Positions 32,439 to 42,054 are shown, counted from the stretch's first letter. The stretch: 64,000 nt of DNA from an uncultured Gemmatimonadales bacterium (GCA_963748815.1 CAVVKJ010000010.1:384001-448000); one strand, 5' to 3'. Numbers and translations: made by a program. The notes: generated by a model not told the origin, from the sequence alone.

Positions 32439-33554
32439 ATGATGCGCTCGGTGAATATCCTCTTCTGCGCGGTGTTTCTCACGCAGTGCGCAAGCGATCC
32501 GAACGATCCCGCGGACTGCCCCACGGCGTCCAGCGCCTTTGCAGCCATTCTTGCCGACAGTTCCCGCGTCAACGGCGTGTACGGTGCCCAGGCCACGGTG
32601 CTGATGCCCGGACATCCGGCCTGGCGCGGCGCCTATGGGAAGAACGGCACGAGCGACCCGATGCGTTCGAACCTGCTGATCGGCACCGGCAGCATCTCCA
32701 AGATGTACACCATCGTGGCTGCGCTCCGGCTGGTTGATCAGGGCGCGATTGCCCTCGACGACACGCTGGGCCGGTGGTTCCCGAACACCCCGAACGTCAA
32801 CCCCTCCATCCCGCTTCGCCTGCTCATGCAGCAAACCAGCGGCCTCGCCGACTATTCGGCAGCGCCGAACTTCGCGGCCACTATCCTGGCCGATCCCAAT
32901 CGATTCTGGTACCCGGACGAACTGCTGCCGTTCATCGGGCCGCCGCTCTTTGCGCCCGGCACCAGCTGGAATGCCTCCAATACCAACCGGCTGCTGCTCG
33001 GCATCATCGTGAGCCGGGAGACGGGCAAGTCGCTCGGCACTTACATGCGGGAGGAACTCTGGCCCGGACGCAGCGAGAGCTGGCTCTCAGGCGAGGGCAC
33101 CCCGCCCGCCACCCTCGCCACGCAGTGGGCCACGAATGCCTCAGGCGCGCTCTACGACTACAGCGCGCGGTACTTCGGCCCGGCCCTGTTTTCCTCCCGT
33201 AACGAGGTGCAGGCGTCATCGGACGATATCGCGTCTTTCGCCCAACGACTCTTCGCGGGCAACCTCCTGAGCAGGGGCACCCGGGCCGCGATGCTGACAA
33301 TCGTCCCGGACGACGGCCGGATCCCCGGCCAGACCGGCGGCGGGCTCGGTATCCGGCGCTACAACTATCTCGGGCGAACCCTCTACGGCCACAGTGGCGC
33401 CACCCCCAACTCCACGGCCCTGGTCCTCTTCGACCCCGCCACCGGGGCCGTCGCTGCCGTGAGCATCAATCAGGGCGGGCCGAGCCACGGCAACTCGCAT
33501 TTCAGGACCACCCCTGCCCTTCTGCAGGCAGCCATCGCCTGCCTGGAGTCGTGA
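32439..33554 (+). CDS. Beta-lactamase-like serine hydrolase, probable lipoprotein
   Basis: GSISK (SxxK), LMQQTSGL, GHSG; the YxN motif reads ASN. Confidence 0.85.
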   Translation: MMRSVNILFCAVFLTQCASDPNDPADCPTASSAFAAILADSSRVNGVYGAQATVLMPGHPAWRGAYGKNGTSDPMRSNLLIGTGSISKMYTIVAALRLVDQGAIALDDTLGRWFPNTPNVNPSIPLRLLMQQTSGLADYSAAPNFAATILADPNRFWYPDELLPFIGPPLFAPGTSWNASNTNRLLLGIIVSRETGKSLGTYMREELWPGRSESWLSGEGTPPATLATQWATNASGALYDYSARYFGPALFSSRNEVQASSDDIASFAQRLFAGNLLSRGTRAAMLTIVPDDGRIPGQTGGGLGIRRYNYLGRTLYGHSGATPNSTALVLFDPATGAVAAVSINQGGPSHGNSHFRTTPALLQAAIACLES

Positions 33555-33558
33555 GCCC

Positions 33559-35643
33559 ATGTCCATCGCACCGACATCCCCTCAGCCGACAAGTGAGCCT
33601 CGTATGCGAATGACGCGAATCCCAGTGGTCCGGAGCTCCACTGTCTCGATGCTCCTCGGTCTGGCCCTTTCAGTTGGGGGATGTGGCGGCGAGAGCTCGG
33701 GGCCCGATGAGGCGTCGGCGGACCTGTCGGCCACGCTGGCTGGGCCGGCGAGCCTGACGACCACCGACACGGCGACCTACACCGTCACCCTTCGGAACGA
33801 TGGTCCTGATGAGGCGACGAATGTGGTGGCCAGTCTTGAACTCCCAACGGGAATGGCGCCGGTTGCGGGGGAGCCGGTCACCGTTACGAGTGGCCGCGCC
33901 ACCTGGCCCGCCCTGGCGACCCTGGCCGCCGCGGGCAGCGTCGCACTGACAGTACGGCTGACGGCAACCTCGGTCGGGGCAGGAACACTGGTGGCACGTG
34001 CCTCTGGTAGCGTGAAGGACCCGCAGGGCTCCAACAATGATGGCAGCGCCTCTGGCGCCCGCGTTGCGGTCACAATCTCCATGACCCCAACCGCCACTGA
34101 CCTCCAGGTCTCCTTCCTCGGCACCCTCAACGGGGCGAGCGGCACGACCGTGGGTGCCAGCATCCAGGTTCGGAATGCTGGCCCGTTGGCCGCTGGCAAC
34201 GTCACCGCCGTGCTGATGCTTCCGGATGGGATCGCGGCTACGAATCTGGTGCCGGCCGGTGGGGTGCGGACCGCTGGGCGCATCACGTGGGCGCTCGGCG
34301 CGTTGGCCGCGGGAGGGACCACCACGATCACCCTCGATCTGGGCGTCCCGTTGTTGAGCCTGACAACACTGAACGCAACGGTGGCCAGTGATACCGACGA
34401 GGGCGTGCCCGGTAACAACGTCGCGTCAGCCGCCCTCCGCGCGGTCGTGGCGGCGGTGTACACGCTGGTTGGCGAGGCGAACGGCGACAACTTCGGTTGG
34501 ATCGCGCGCAGCATCGGCGACGTGAATGGGGACGGCCGGGAGGACGTGGTGATTACCGCGCCGTACAACGACGCCGGGGGTGTCAACGCGGGCCGAGGGT
34601 ATGTGTACTCCGGCGCATCGGGGCAGCTCTTGTATATGGTGACTGGCGACACTCCCAACGGCGAGCTCGGGCTGAGCGTGGATCCGGTGGGTGATATCAA
34701 CGGCGACGGCATCTCGGATATTGCCTTCGGCGCTCCCTTTGCCAGTACCGCGGCGGCTCCCGGGTATGTCCTCGTTGTCTCGGGGTCCAATGGCGCCACC
34801 CTCTTTCGGTTCGGGACTTCGGCTATCACCTTCGCCGGCTACAGCGTCGGTGAAGCGGGTGATCTCACGGCCGACGGCGTGCGCGATGTCCTCGTTGGTG
34901 TGCCGGGGCGAAGCCCGGCCGGGGTGCCCGGTGGCGGCAGTGTGTTTGTCGTGTCCGGTGCCACCGGCACGGTCGCAGCCATCGTGGATGGTACCGTCTC
35001 GAACGGCCTGTTCGGAGCGGGAACCCGTACTCTGGGGGACCTCAACGGCGACAACATTCCAGACTTCGCCGTGGGATCGTCCAATGAAGCCGGGGGTCGG
35101 GTCCGGGTCTACTCGGGGGCCGACGGTTCGCTGCTCTTCCCCGCGATTTCGGTCACCAACGGCGGGACGCTCGGCCAGTACTGGCTCTTTTCCCCGGGCG
35201 ACTACGACAACGACGGAATCCCCGACCTCTTCGCCGCCGACATCAACAACGCAACGGGGGGCTTCGATCAGGGGCAGGCCTACATCTTCTCGGGGGCGAC
35301 CGGGAACCGAATCCGCACCTTCAGCGGGGAATCCCCCAACGACCAGTTCGGCATGGGGCGCGTCGTGAGCGACCTGACCGGCGACGGGGTCGGAGACTTT
35401 GTGCTTGCCGGCTGGCTCAGGAGCGAAGGGGCACCCCAAGCGGGGAAGATGTACGTGGTGGACGGCGCGACGGGGGCGACGCTCCGGTCGCTGGTGTCCG
35501 TCGTTCCGAATGAGACGCTCGGCTTTGACGTCCTGGGGATGGGCGACGTGACGGGTGATGGCCTGGAGGACTATATGATCACCGCGGGACAGTTCACCGG
35601 CCCCGGAAAGGCGTACCTGATTGCGGGGGTGCCGCTGCCGTAG
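33559..35643 (+). CDS. Lipoprotein with two DUF11-like Ig domains and an FG-GAP (integrin-alpha-like) propeller
   Basis: ADLSAT..YTVTLRNDGP, VRNAGP..GNN; seven GDxNGDGxxD-type repeats. Confidence 0.85.
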   Translation: MSIAPTSPQPTSEPRMRMTRIPVVRSSTVSMLLGLALSVGGCGGESSGPDEASADLSATLAGPASLTTTDTATYTVTLRNDGPDEATNVVASLELPTGMAPVAGEPVTVTSGRATWPALATLAAAGSVALTVRLTATSVGAGTLVARASGSVKDPQGSNNDGSASGARVAVTISMTPTATDLQVSFLGTLNGASGTTVGASIQVRNAGPLAAGNVTAVLMLPDGIAATNLVPAGGVRTAGRITWALGALAAGGTTTITLDLGVPLLSLTTLNATVASDTDEGVPGNNVASAALRAVVAAVYTLVGEANGDNFGWIARSIGDVNGDGREDVVITAPYNDAGGVNAGRGYVYSGASGQLLYMVTGDTPNGELGLSVDPVGDINGDGISDIAFGAPFASTAAAPGYVLVVSGSNGATLFRFGTSAITFAGYSVGEAGDLTADGVRDVLVGVPGRSPAGVPGGGSVFVVSGATGTVAAIVDGTVSNGLFGAGTRTLGDLNGDNIPDFAVGSSNEAGGRVRVYSGADGSLLFPAISVTNGGTLGQYWLFSPGDYDNDGIPDLFAADINNATGGFDQGQAYIFSGATGNRIRTFSGESPNDQFGMGRVVSDLTGDGVGDFVLAGWLRSEGAPQAGKMYVVDGATGATLRSLVSVVPNETLGFDVLGMGDVTGDGLEDYMITAGQFTGPGKAYLIAGVPLP

Positions 35644-35671
35644 GAGGAGCTGGAGACCAGGGAGCGCGCAA

Positions 35672-35703
35672 AGACCCCGCCGTCCAGCGAGACGGCGGGG
35701 TCT
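35672..35703. terminator. Bidirectional hairpin terminator
   Basis: AGACCCCGCCGTC-cagcga-GACGGCGGGGTCT, a 13-bp perfect stem between convergent genes. Confidence 0.75.
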
Positions 35704-35714
35704 GTCATTGCTCA

Positions 35715-35788
<74 letters not shown>

Positions 35789-35928
35789 AACGACCTGCAA
35801 GATAACGAGTTGGGGCATTCTGCCAAGCTGGCGGGTGGTGGGGTGTGCCGGGAACGATGCTCCCGCGTCCACCGCGCACGGTGGACGGCGAGCATATCGG
35901 TTTGGTGAGCATGAAGTGTCAGCGGCTC

Positions 35929-37251
35929 CTATCGACCGGCTTCATGGAGCAGGTGTTCCGCTCGCCACCGCATCGCCATGAAGATGCGGTTGCGCCCACT
36001 CGGATGCGTATAGAACACCGTCTCTTCGATCCAAGGCGGGTCGAGTCGCCTGGCGTCCGCATCACGAATCATGAACTCGGCAAGGCCCAGGGGCTGCTGG
36101 GAAGCGTTGAGGCCGTAGAGGTCCGCTTCCGTCTCTTGCCCACGGGTGATGCTGTTGGACAATGGCATCGAGAGGATGCCCCAGAGCATGAGCAGACACC
36201 AAAAGAGCGGCAAACCGCCAATATCGCCTGGGCCGCTGACGTCCCACCGAGGTCCGAATCTCCCGATCAGCTGTAGCAGACCCCAACCGACGAACAGGAA
36301 GCCCATCCCCGTGACCAGGGTGTCGAAGACGATACCCTTCACGACGTGCGAGAGTACATAGTGACCGATCTCGTGCGCCATGACCATCTCGACTTCCCGA
36401 TCCGGCGTCGCGGCGATCGTATTGTCGTCCAGGACGATCTGGGCCGTCCCGCCAAACCCTGAGACATGGGCGTTGAGTAGCACGCTCTGCCTGGAGGCAT
36501 CCTGCATGAACACGTCTGTGGCAGGCACCCCGCTGGCCCGGGCGAGCGAAAGGATTGCCTGCTTCTGCGGCCCATCGGCCATCGGCCTGATCTGGTTGAA
36601 CAGCGGGTCAAAGTACTGTGGACCGAGCATCACGAAGCTGGCGGACAGGAGAGCGTACACCGCCGTGGCCCACCCGGCCCAGCCCTGGGGTCGCCGCCGG
36701 ATCAGCCAATAGATAGCGACCACCCCGACGATGTAGAACACCGTTAAGATCGCCCATTGCAGGGTCGTATCGGTGAGCCACTGCAGGTAGGGGGCACGCG
36801 AAAAGCCCGCCTGCCGAAACCGGACGAACCCGGCATAGGTACTGACTGGAAGGCCGAGCAGGAAGAAGGTCGCGAGGACCTGAAGCGCCACCATCGCGTC
36901 CTGTGCAGGCGCAAACGACGAGACGCGCCGAGCGAGGCCGCGCATTGCGGTCGCCGCACCGGAAAACATGAGGAGCGCTGCCGTTCCAACGAGGGCGATG
37001 ATCCGAAGGGGGAGGGCGATGTACCGTGTATTTTCGAACGCGTCACCCCGCGCCCGCGCCGTGGGGGGAATCCGATCCAGGTACGCGGCGGTCGCCGCGG
37101 CAGGGTCCGCTGGCAGAGCCGCATACCAAGCGGAGTCGACCTCCGCCCCATGTGCGTCTGTCCGTGTCGGTATGGGCTGACTGCCGACAACGAAGCCCCA
37201 GACGAGGGCGCTCAGGACTGCCACGGAGACAAAACCCAGCCAGGTCTTCAC
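35929..37251 (-). CDS. M48 (Ste24-like) membrane zinc metalloprotease
   Basis: NAHVSGFG, AHEIGH, ETEAD, YTHPS; multiple TM helices. Confidence 0.92.
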   Translation of the reverse strand: MKTWLGFVSVAVLSALVWGFVVGSQPIPTRTDAHGAEVDSAWYAALPADPAAATAAYLDRIPPTARARGDAFENTRYIALPLRIIALVGTAALLMFSGAATAMRGLARRVSSFAPAQDAMVALQVLATFFLLGLPVSTYAGFVRFRQAGFSRAPYLQWLTDTTLQWAILTVFYIVGVVAIYWLIRRRPQGWAGWATAVYALLSASFVMLGPQYFDPLFNQIRPMADGPQKQAILSLARASGVPATDVFMQDASRQSVLLNAHVSGFGGTAQIVLDDNTIAATPDREVEMVMAHEIGHYVLSHVVKGIVFDTLVTGMGFLFVGWGLLQLIGRFGPRWDVSGPGDIGGLPLFWCLLMLWGILSMPLSNSITRGQETEADLYGLNASQQPLGLAEFMIRDADARRLDPPWIEETVFYTHPSGRNRIFMAMRWRAEHLLHEAGR

Positions 37252-37539
37252 GACCCCCCCGAATCCTCTGAACCGTACACAAAGATCGGGCACGGCTCCG
37301 GACGAACTGGCGGATCAGCGGCGAGGCGGTCGAAGGTGTCGGTCAGGTCATTGGCTCGCCGATGAGGGACGTCCTCAACCTACGGTTCAGCGGTCGGCTA
37401 CGCCAGCGACTGTGCACAGAACCTGTGCAAGATCAGATACGCCAAAGGTGCGAAACCCAGTCCTGAGGCTTCGCACCGCTTCCGTGCGAACCGGCTGATT
37501 CGTACGGAATTACTGCGACAATCACCCTGATCTCGGCGC

Positions 37540-37592
37540 GCTCCCAAAGCAGGCGCTCTACCAGGCTAAGCTACGCCCCGAACGACCTGCAA
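37540..37592 (-). repeat. 53-bp direct repeat of 35748..35800 (tRNA-Pro nt 1-41 plus 12 nt upstream); att-like tRNA fragment
   Basis: gctcccaaagcaggcgctctaccaggctaagctacgccccgaacgacctgcaa is identical at both sites. Confidence 0.92.
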
Positions 37593-37626
37593 AATTTCCG
37601 AGGTGACGGAGCCTGCGAAGCTCGAC

Positions 37627-37809
37627 CCGTGGCTAAAGCCACGGCTCGGCTAGTGTCACTAAAGTGACGTGGAATCAATTCTCGCTCCCCATCTCTGAAA
37701 TCGAGATCCTCAAAGTCTCCCAGCTGCCAAGATGATGGCGTGCCCGACCATCGTGGGAAGCCCACGCGTCGCTTTAGCGACACCAGCCGAGCCGCCGCTT
37801 CAGCGGCGG
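37627..37809. repeat. Inverted pair of double-hairpin units (REP/REPIN- or IS200/IS605-end-like)
   Basis: 37627-37668 and 37768-37809 are inverted copies whose stem differences are compensatory. Confidence 0.7.
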
Positions 37810-37862
37810 ACTCGCGCAACCATATTTCGCGTGTTCGTACACGCGTCCCATGCCCGAGCCGC

Positions 37863-38045
37863 CTACCGTGCCAGGTCGACTTGCAGCAGCGCCCGATATT
37901 TCCCCGCCACCCGCCGGGCGGTCTCCACCGCATCCCCCGTCGGCTCCGTCGGAAACGTGCCGGTCTCGTTCGACCACGCCTGTTCCCACGCGCACATCGC
38001 CGCCGCAAACGGGGCCCGGTCGAATGGAACCCCAGTGGCGACCGA
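37863..38045 (-). pseudogene. Duplicated 3' fragment of the GH89 gene
   Basis: 37891..38045 aligns without gaps to 39857..40011; 67-bp identical core at 37911-37977. Confidence 0.85.
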
Positions 38046-38183
38046 TAGGCAGTGGCGAGCAGCTGCTGCCCCCGATGACCATCCTCCGCGACCTCCATCG
38101 CCCATGCGGATCATCCACAGTCCCACCGAGCGCACCAGACGGCTGCGTGCCCCGCGACGGCTGTCGTCTACCTGCGGGTCAGA

Positions 38184-38220
38184 ATATGCGCTTGCCAGCA
38201 TATGCGCTGGTGTGTATATT
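38184..38220 (+). promoter_or_regulatory. Promoter with an overlapping ArsR-type operator
   Basis: ATATGC-N8-GCATAT spans TTGCCA (-35); 17 nt spacer; TATATT (-10); ATATGCGCT occurs twice. Confidence 0.7.
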
Positions 38221-38225
38221 CAGGT

Positions 38226-38525
38226 ATGGACGAACTCAAGCCCCTCCTGATCGCCATCGCCGAGCCCACCCGGCTGGGTGCCCTCCGCCTCCTCTGGGAC
38301 GGTCAGGAGCACTGTGTCTGTGAGCTGATGGAACGGCTCGGCGCCTCACAGTCACGTATGTCCCGGCACATGTCCCAGCTGAAGCGGGTCGGCCTCGTCG
38401 TCGATCGCCGGGACGCCCAGTGGGTGCGGTATCGCCGGAACCCTGCCCTCCCAAAGCCGCAAGTCCGCATCGTTGAGGCCGTCCTGGCCACCCTCGGCTC
38501 GCCCCCCGTCAGGAAGGTCGCATGA
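38226..38525 (+). CDS. ArsR/SmtB-family metalloregulator
   Basis: AIAEPTRL, EHCVCEL, SQSRMSRHM, RRDAQWVRY. Confidence 0.92.
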   Translation: MDELKPLLIAIAEPTRLGALRLLWDGQEHCVCELMERLGASQSRMSRHMSQLKRVGLVVDRRDAQWVRYRRNPALPKPQVRIVEAVLATLGSPPVRKVA

Positions 38526-39586
38526 GCACCAGCGCGGCTCTCCCCACTCCCGGGCGGCAGCCGGCGCCATCCACCGTCAAATGGCTCAGCTTCACGCTGG
38601 GCGCGATAGTGCTCTGGTTCGTCGTCTACAGCCAGCTGGTGCCGTTTTCGGAGTGGGTCTCCGCCGGTCTCGGCATGGAGCGCGGGACCCACCTCGAGGA
38701 GGCCGTCCGCTTCTTCGTGTACGACACGCCGAAGGTCCTGCTGCTGCTCACGCTGGTGGTCTTCGTGATGGGCGTGGTGCGGAGCTATTTCTCTCCCGAG
38801 CGGACCCGCGCGCTGCTGAGCGGCCGGAGCGAAGGCGCCGGGAATGTGGCGGCGGCGGGACTCGGCATCTTCACCCCGTTCTGCTCCTGCTCCGCCGTCC
38901 CGCTCTTCGTCGGGTTCGTGTCCGCGGGCGTGCCGCTCGGGGTGACGTTCTCGTTCCTCATTGCGGCGCCCATGATCAACGAGGTGGCGCTGGGGCTGCT
39001 CTTTGCCCTGCTGGGCTGGAAAGTTGCGGTCGCGTACCTCGGGTTCGGGCTGGGGGTCGCCATCGTCGCCGGTTGGGTGATCGGGCGCCTGCACCTGGAA
39101 GGCTGGCTCGAGCCATGGGTCCGGGAGGTGCGCGCGGCCGATGCCATCGTGCCGTCGGGAGCGTCGACCCTCGTCGACCGGTTGAAGGAGGGCGTGAGCG
39201 CCATGCGGGAGATCGTCGGCCGGGTCTGGATGTGGCTGATCGCTGGAATCGCTGTCGGCGCCTTCATTCACGGCTTCGTGCCGGCGGATCTCCTGGCGAC
39301 CATCATGGGGAAGGAATCGTGGTGGTCGGTCCCGGCCGCGGTTCTCCTCGGCATCCCGATGTACTCCAATGCCGCGGGCATCATTCCGGTCGTCGAGGCG
39401 CTGCTCGGCAAGGGCGCGGCGCTGGGGACCGTCCTGGCCTTCATGATGTCGGTGATTGCGCTTTCGCTCCCCGAGGCGATCATCCTGCGGAAGGTGCTCA
39501 CCCCGAAGCTACTGGCGGTCTTCCTGGGGGTCGTGGGGGTGGGCATCCTGTCCGTCGGGTTCCTCTTCAACCTTCTCTTTACCTGA
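38522..39586 (+). CDS. ArsP/DUF318-family permease
   Basis: FFVYDTPK, TPFCSCSAVP, PMINEV, GIPMYSNAAG, ALSLPE. Confidence 0.92.
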   Translation: MSTSAALPTPGRQPAPSTVKWLSFTLGAIVLWFVVYSQLVPFSEWVSAGLGMERGTHLEEAVRFFVYDTPKVLLLLTLVVFVMGVVRSYFSPERTRALLSGRSEGAGNVAAAGLGIFTPFCSCSAVPLFVGFVSAGVPLGVTFSFLIAAPMINEVALGLLFALLGWKVAVAYLGFGLGVAIVAGWVIGRLHLEGWLEPWVREVRAADAIVPSGASTLVDRLKEGVSAMREIVGRVWMWLIAGIAVGAFIHGFVPADLLATIMGKESWWSVPAAVLLGIPMYSNAAGIIPVVEALLGKGAALGTVLAFMMSVIALSLPEAIILRKVLTPKLLAVFLGVVGVGILSVGFLFNLLFT

Positions 39587-39602
39587 TCCAAGGCAGGGCA
39601 TC

Positions 39603-39836
39603 ATGATCGATATCAAGGTACTCGGCTCCGGCTGCTCCAATTGCAAGTCTACCGCTGGGTTGATCGAGACGGTCGCCCGGGCCAAAGGGGTCGAGATCAC
39701 CCTCACCAAGGTCGAGGGGATGAAAGAGATCATGTCCTACGGCATCATGTCCACTCCCGGCGTGGTGCTCGACGGGCAGGTCGTGCACGCCGGCGGCGTA
39801 CCGGCCCGAGCCAAGGTTGAAGGATGGTTCGCCTGA
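39603..39836 (+). CDS. Small redox-active disulfide protein (thioredoxin-3 type)
   Basis: IKVLGSGCSNC, YGIMSTPGVVLDG..VHAGGVP. Confidence 0.92.
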   Translation: MIDIKVLGSGCSNCKSTAGLIETVARAKGVEITLTKVEGMKEIMSYGIMSTPGVVLDGQVVHAGGVPARAKVEGWFA

Positions 39837-39849
39837 CCGGCGTGCCGTC

Positions 39850-42054
39850 TCACCGTGCCTGATACTTCGCAGCCAGCCGCCGGGCGGTCTCCACCGCATC
39901 CCCCGTCGGCTCCGTCGGAAACGTGCCGGTCTCGTTCGACCACTCCTGTTCCCACGCGCACATCTCCGCCGCAAACGGCGCCCGGTCGAACGGCTTCCCC
40001 GTCGTGACCGACCGGTTGAGCAGCTCGAAGAACGCCTCCCAGCGCGGCAGGTAGTACGACGTGAACATCCCCTCCCATTCCTTGAACGCATACAGGTTCA
40101 GGTCGTCGTTCTGCCCCTCGGTGCACTTAGTGCCCCAGAGGGTGATGATGTTCCGCGCGTTCCACTCGTAGAGGCGCCGCTCCTCGGCGTTGGTGCCCCA
40201 CCGCCGTGCGTCGGCCAGCCACACCCCGAGCAGGAACTCCCGGCGAGTGCCGACGAGCGTGTTCAGGTCCCGGAGCAGGTCGAGGGCCCGCGCTTCCGCC
40301 GCCTGGAGCGCCGGCAGGTCCTTGCGGTCATACGCGGCCTGCACGTCGTTGATGAACGGCAGGCCCAGCTCACCCAGCACCTGGCGGGCGAGGTTCACGA
40401 CGTCGTAGCGGTAGGCGTCGCTGCGGCCGAGCGCAGGCGCCGCGGCGAGCAGCGAGTCGAGCGCGTCCGCCAGGAGACGCGGGTCGTACGGCGGGATCGG
40501 TTCCGACCGGTACCGGGTGCCCTTCTCGTAGAACTGCGGGCGTTCGGCGAGGAAGTTCCCCGTCTGTGCGCCCGCGCGATACGCCGTAGCCAGCAGCAGC
40601 TGCCAGGCGTGCCCTGCCTGCGCGTTCGGCGCGCCGTAGCGCCGCGCGACGTAGCCCTCGGTCCACCGCTCCAGCGACGGCACGCTGTCGAGCCAGGTCT
40701 GGCCCATGACGAAGTCGGGCACGATCGGATTGGTACCGAGCCCTTCCATGGTCATCCCGAGCCCGATCAGGTCACCCTTCTCGGGACTGCGAAGCACGCT
40801 GTCGAGATTGGCGGCGATTCTCGGCAGGTCGCCGTTCATGCTCACCTTGCCGCCGAAATTGTACAGGACGTTCCAGACCCACGGCTTGCCGTAGAACCCT
40901 TCCCTGGCCTTCCACACCGGGTAGCGGTCGCCCCAGAGGTCGAGCACCACCATGCGGTCGTCCGGCACGGCGCCCATCATGGCGCGGGCCTGCGGGGCCC
41001 GCCAGAACTTGGCCTGGTAGTAGAGGAACCACCCCTGCAGGACCCACGTCGCCTTGGGGTCCGCCGCTGCCATCGCGCCGTAGATGGCCGTCCCCATCCC
41101 CGCCAGGAAGGTGGAATCATCGGACGGCGGGTCGATCTCGTTGAAGGGATCGGCGGCGTAGAGGTGGTCGGTTCCGAAGATTTCGGTCTGCGCCTCGACG
41201 AAGCGCCGGCCGAAGCGCTGGAAGAGCGAATCGGTCGGGTCGAGGAACCAGGTGCCGCTGAAACCGGCCGACCAGTCCCCGGTCTGGTGAATTCGGGCGG
41301 CAGGATGGATCGTCGTGATGGACTCCGGCACATGCCCGGTGAACCCCTGGAGCACCGGGGTCATGCCCAGCGCGCGCTCGCGCGCGAGGATCCGGCGTTC
41401 GAGGCCGATGTGGCTGTCGATCCAGGAATCGGGGAGCGGTCCACCCAGGCCGTCGATGTTCCCCATCCACCCCCAGGGGAGGTAGGCGGGGCCCACGAGG
41501 AACTCGCCGACCTGGCTCCGGCTGAACCCGAACTCCTGCAGCACCTGCCGCCACACCGCCTCCTGCCCCGTCACCGCCAGCGGCGCGTTGACCCCCTTGA
41601 GCGCCATCCAGTCGATCATTCGCTGCCAGTCGGACCAGTCCCACCAGGCCATGGAGTAGGAGAAGGTGCAGTAGTTGAAGAAGTAGCGGATGCGGTAGCG
41701 GGTGGTTTGCCGCACCCGGGCCGGCACCGGCGGGAGGGCCTCCAGGATGATCGGCTGGAGCGGGAGGGAGACGCCCACGCCGGCCACCTGCTCGAGGTAC
41801 CAGTTGAGCGCCGAGGCGAGGGCCACACCCGAGGAGCCGCGGAGGACCACGTGCCCTGGCGCCTGGTCGACTTCGAAGACGTCGAGCCCCGCGCTGTCGG
41901 GAATCACCTCGAGCTGGAAGCCCTGGGCGCGGCCGGGAAGCACCCGGTCGATCAGCTCGGCGATGGCCGGAAGATCGACCGAGTCGCGGGAAGCCACGCT
42001 CGGGGCGACGGTTGTCCCCGCGAACATGCCGGTGAGAAGCAGCATTGCGATCAT
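39850..42054 (-). CDS. Alpha-N-acetylglucosaminidase (GH89)
   Basis: RYFFNYCTFSYSMAWW, IDWMALKGVN, WGWMGN, DPFNE, TMEG, NARNIITLWG. Confidence 0.95.
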   Translation of the reverse strand: MIAMLLLTGMFAGTTVAPSVASRDSVDLPAIAELIDRVLPGRAQGFQLEVIPDSAGLDVFEVDQAPGHVVLRGSSGVALASALNWYLEQVAGVGVSLPLQPIILEALPPVPARVRQTTRYRIRYFFNYCTFSYSMAWWDWSDWQRMIDWMALKGVNAPLAVTGQEAVWRQVLQEFGFSRSQVGEFLVGPAYLPWGWMGNIDGLGGPLPDSWIDSHIGLERRILARERALGMTPVLQGFTGHVPESITTIHPAARIHQTGDWSAGFSGTWFLDPTDSLFQRFGRRFVEAQTEIFGTDHLYAADPFNEIDPPSDDSTFLAGMGTAIYGAMAAADPKATWVLQGWFLYYQAKFWRAPQARAMMGAVPDDRMVVLDLWGDRYPVWKAREGFYGKPWVWNVLYNFGGKVSMNGDLPRIAANLDSVLRSPEKGDLIGLGMTMEGLGTNPIVPDFVMGQTWLDSVPSLERWTEGYVARRYGAPNAQAGHAWQLLLATAYRAGAQTGNFLAERPQFYEKGTRYRSEPIPPYDPRLLADALDSLLAAAPALGRSDAYRYDVVNLARQVLGELGLPFINDVQAAYDRKDLPALQAAEARALDLLRDLNTLVGTRREFLLGVWLADARRWGTNAEERRLYEWNARNIITLWGTKCTEGQNDDLNLYAFKEWEGMFTSYYLPRWEAFFELLNRSVTTGKPFDRAPFAAEMCAWEQEWSNETGTFPTEPTGDAVETARRLAAKYQAR

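Noticed and set aside
37670..37765. Transposase remnant between the inverted hairpins
   Set aside because: The translations (for example SSWQLGDFEDLDFRDGERE) show no HUH or Y1 motif.
38226..39836. Selenoprotein versions of the permease or redox protein, given that selC is present
   Set aside because: Both use Cys codons (CSC, CSNC); there is no in-frame TGA.
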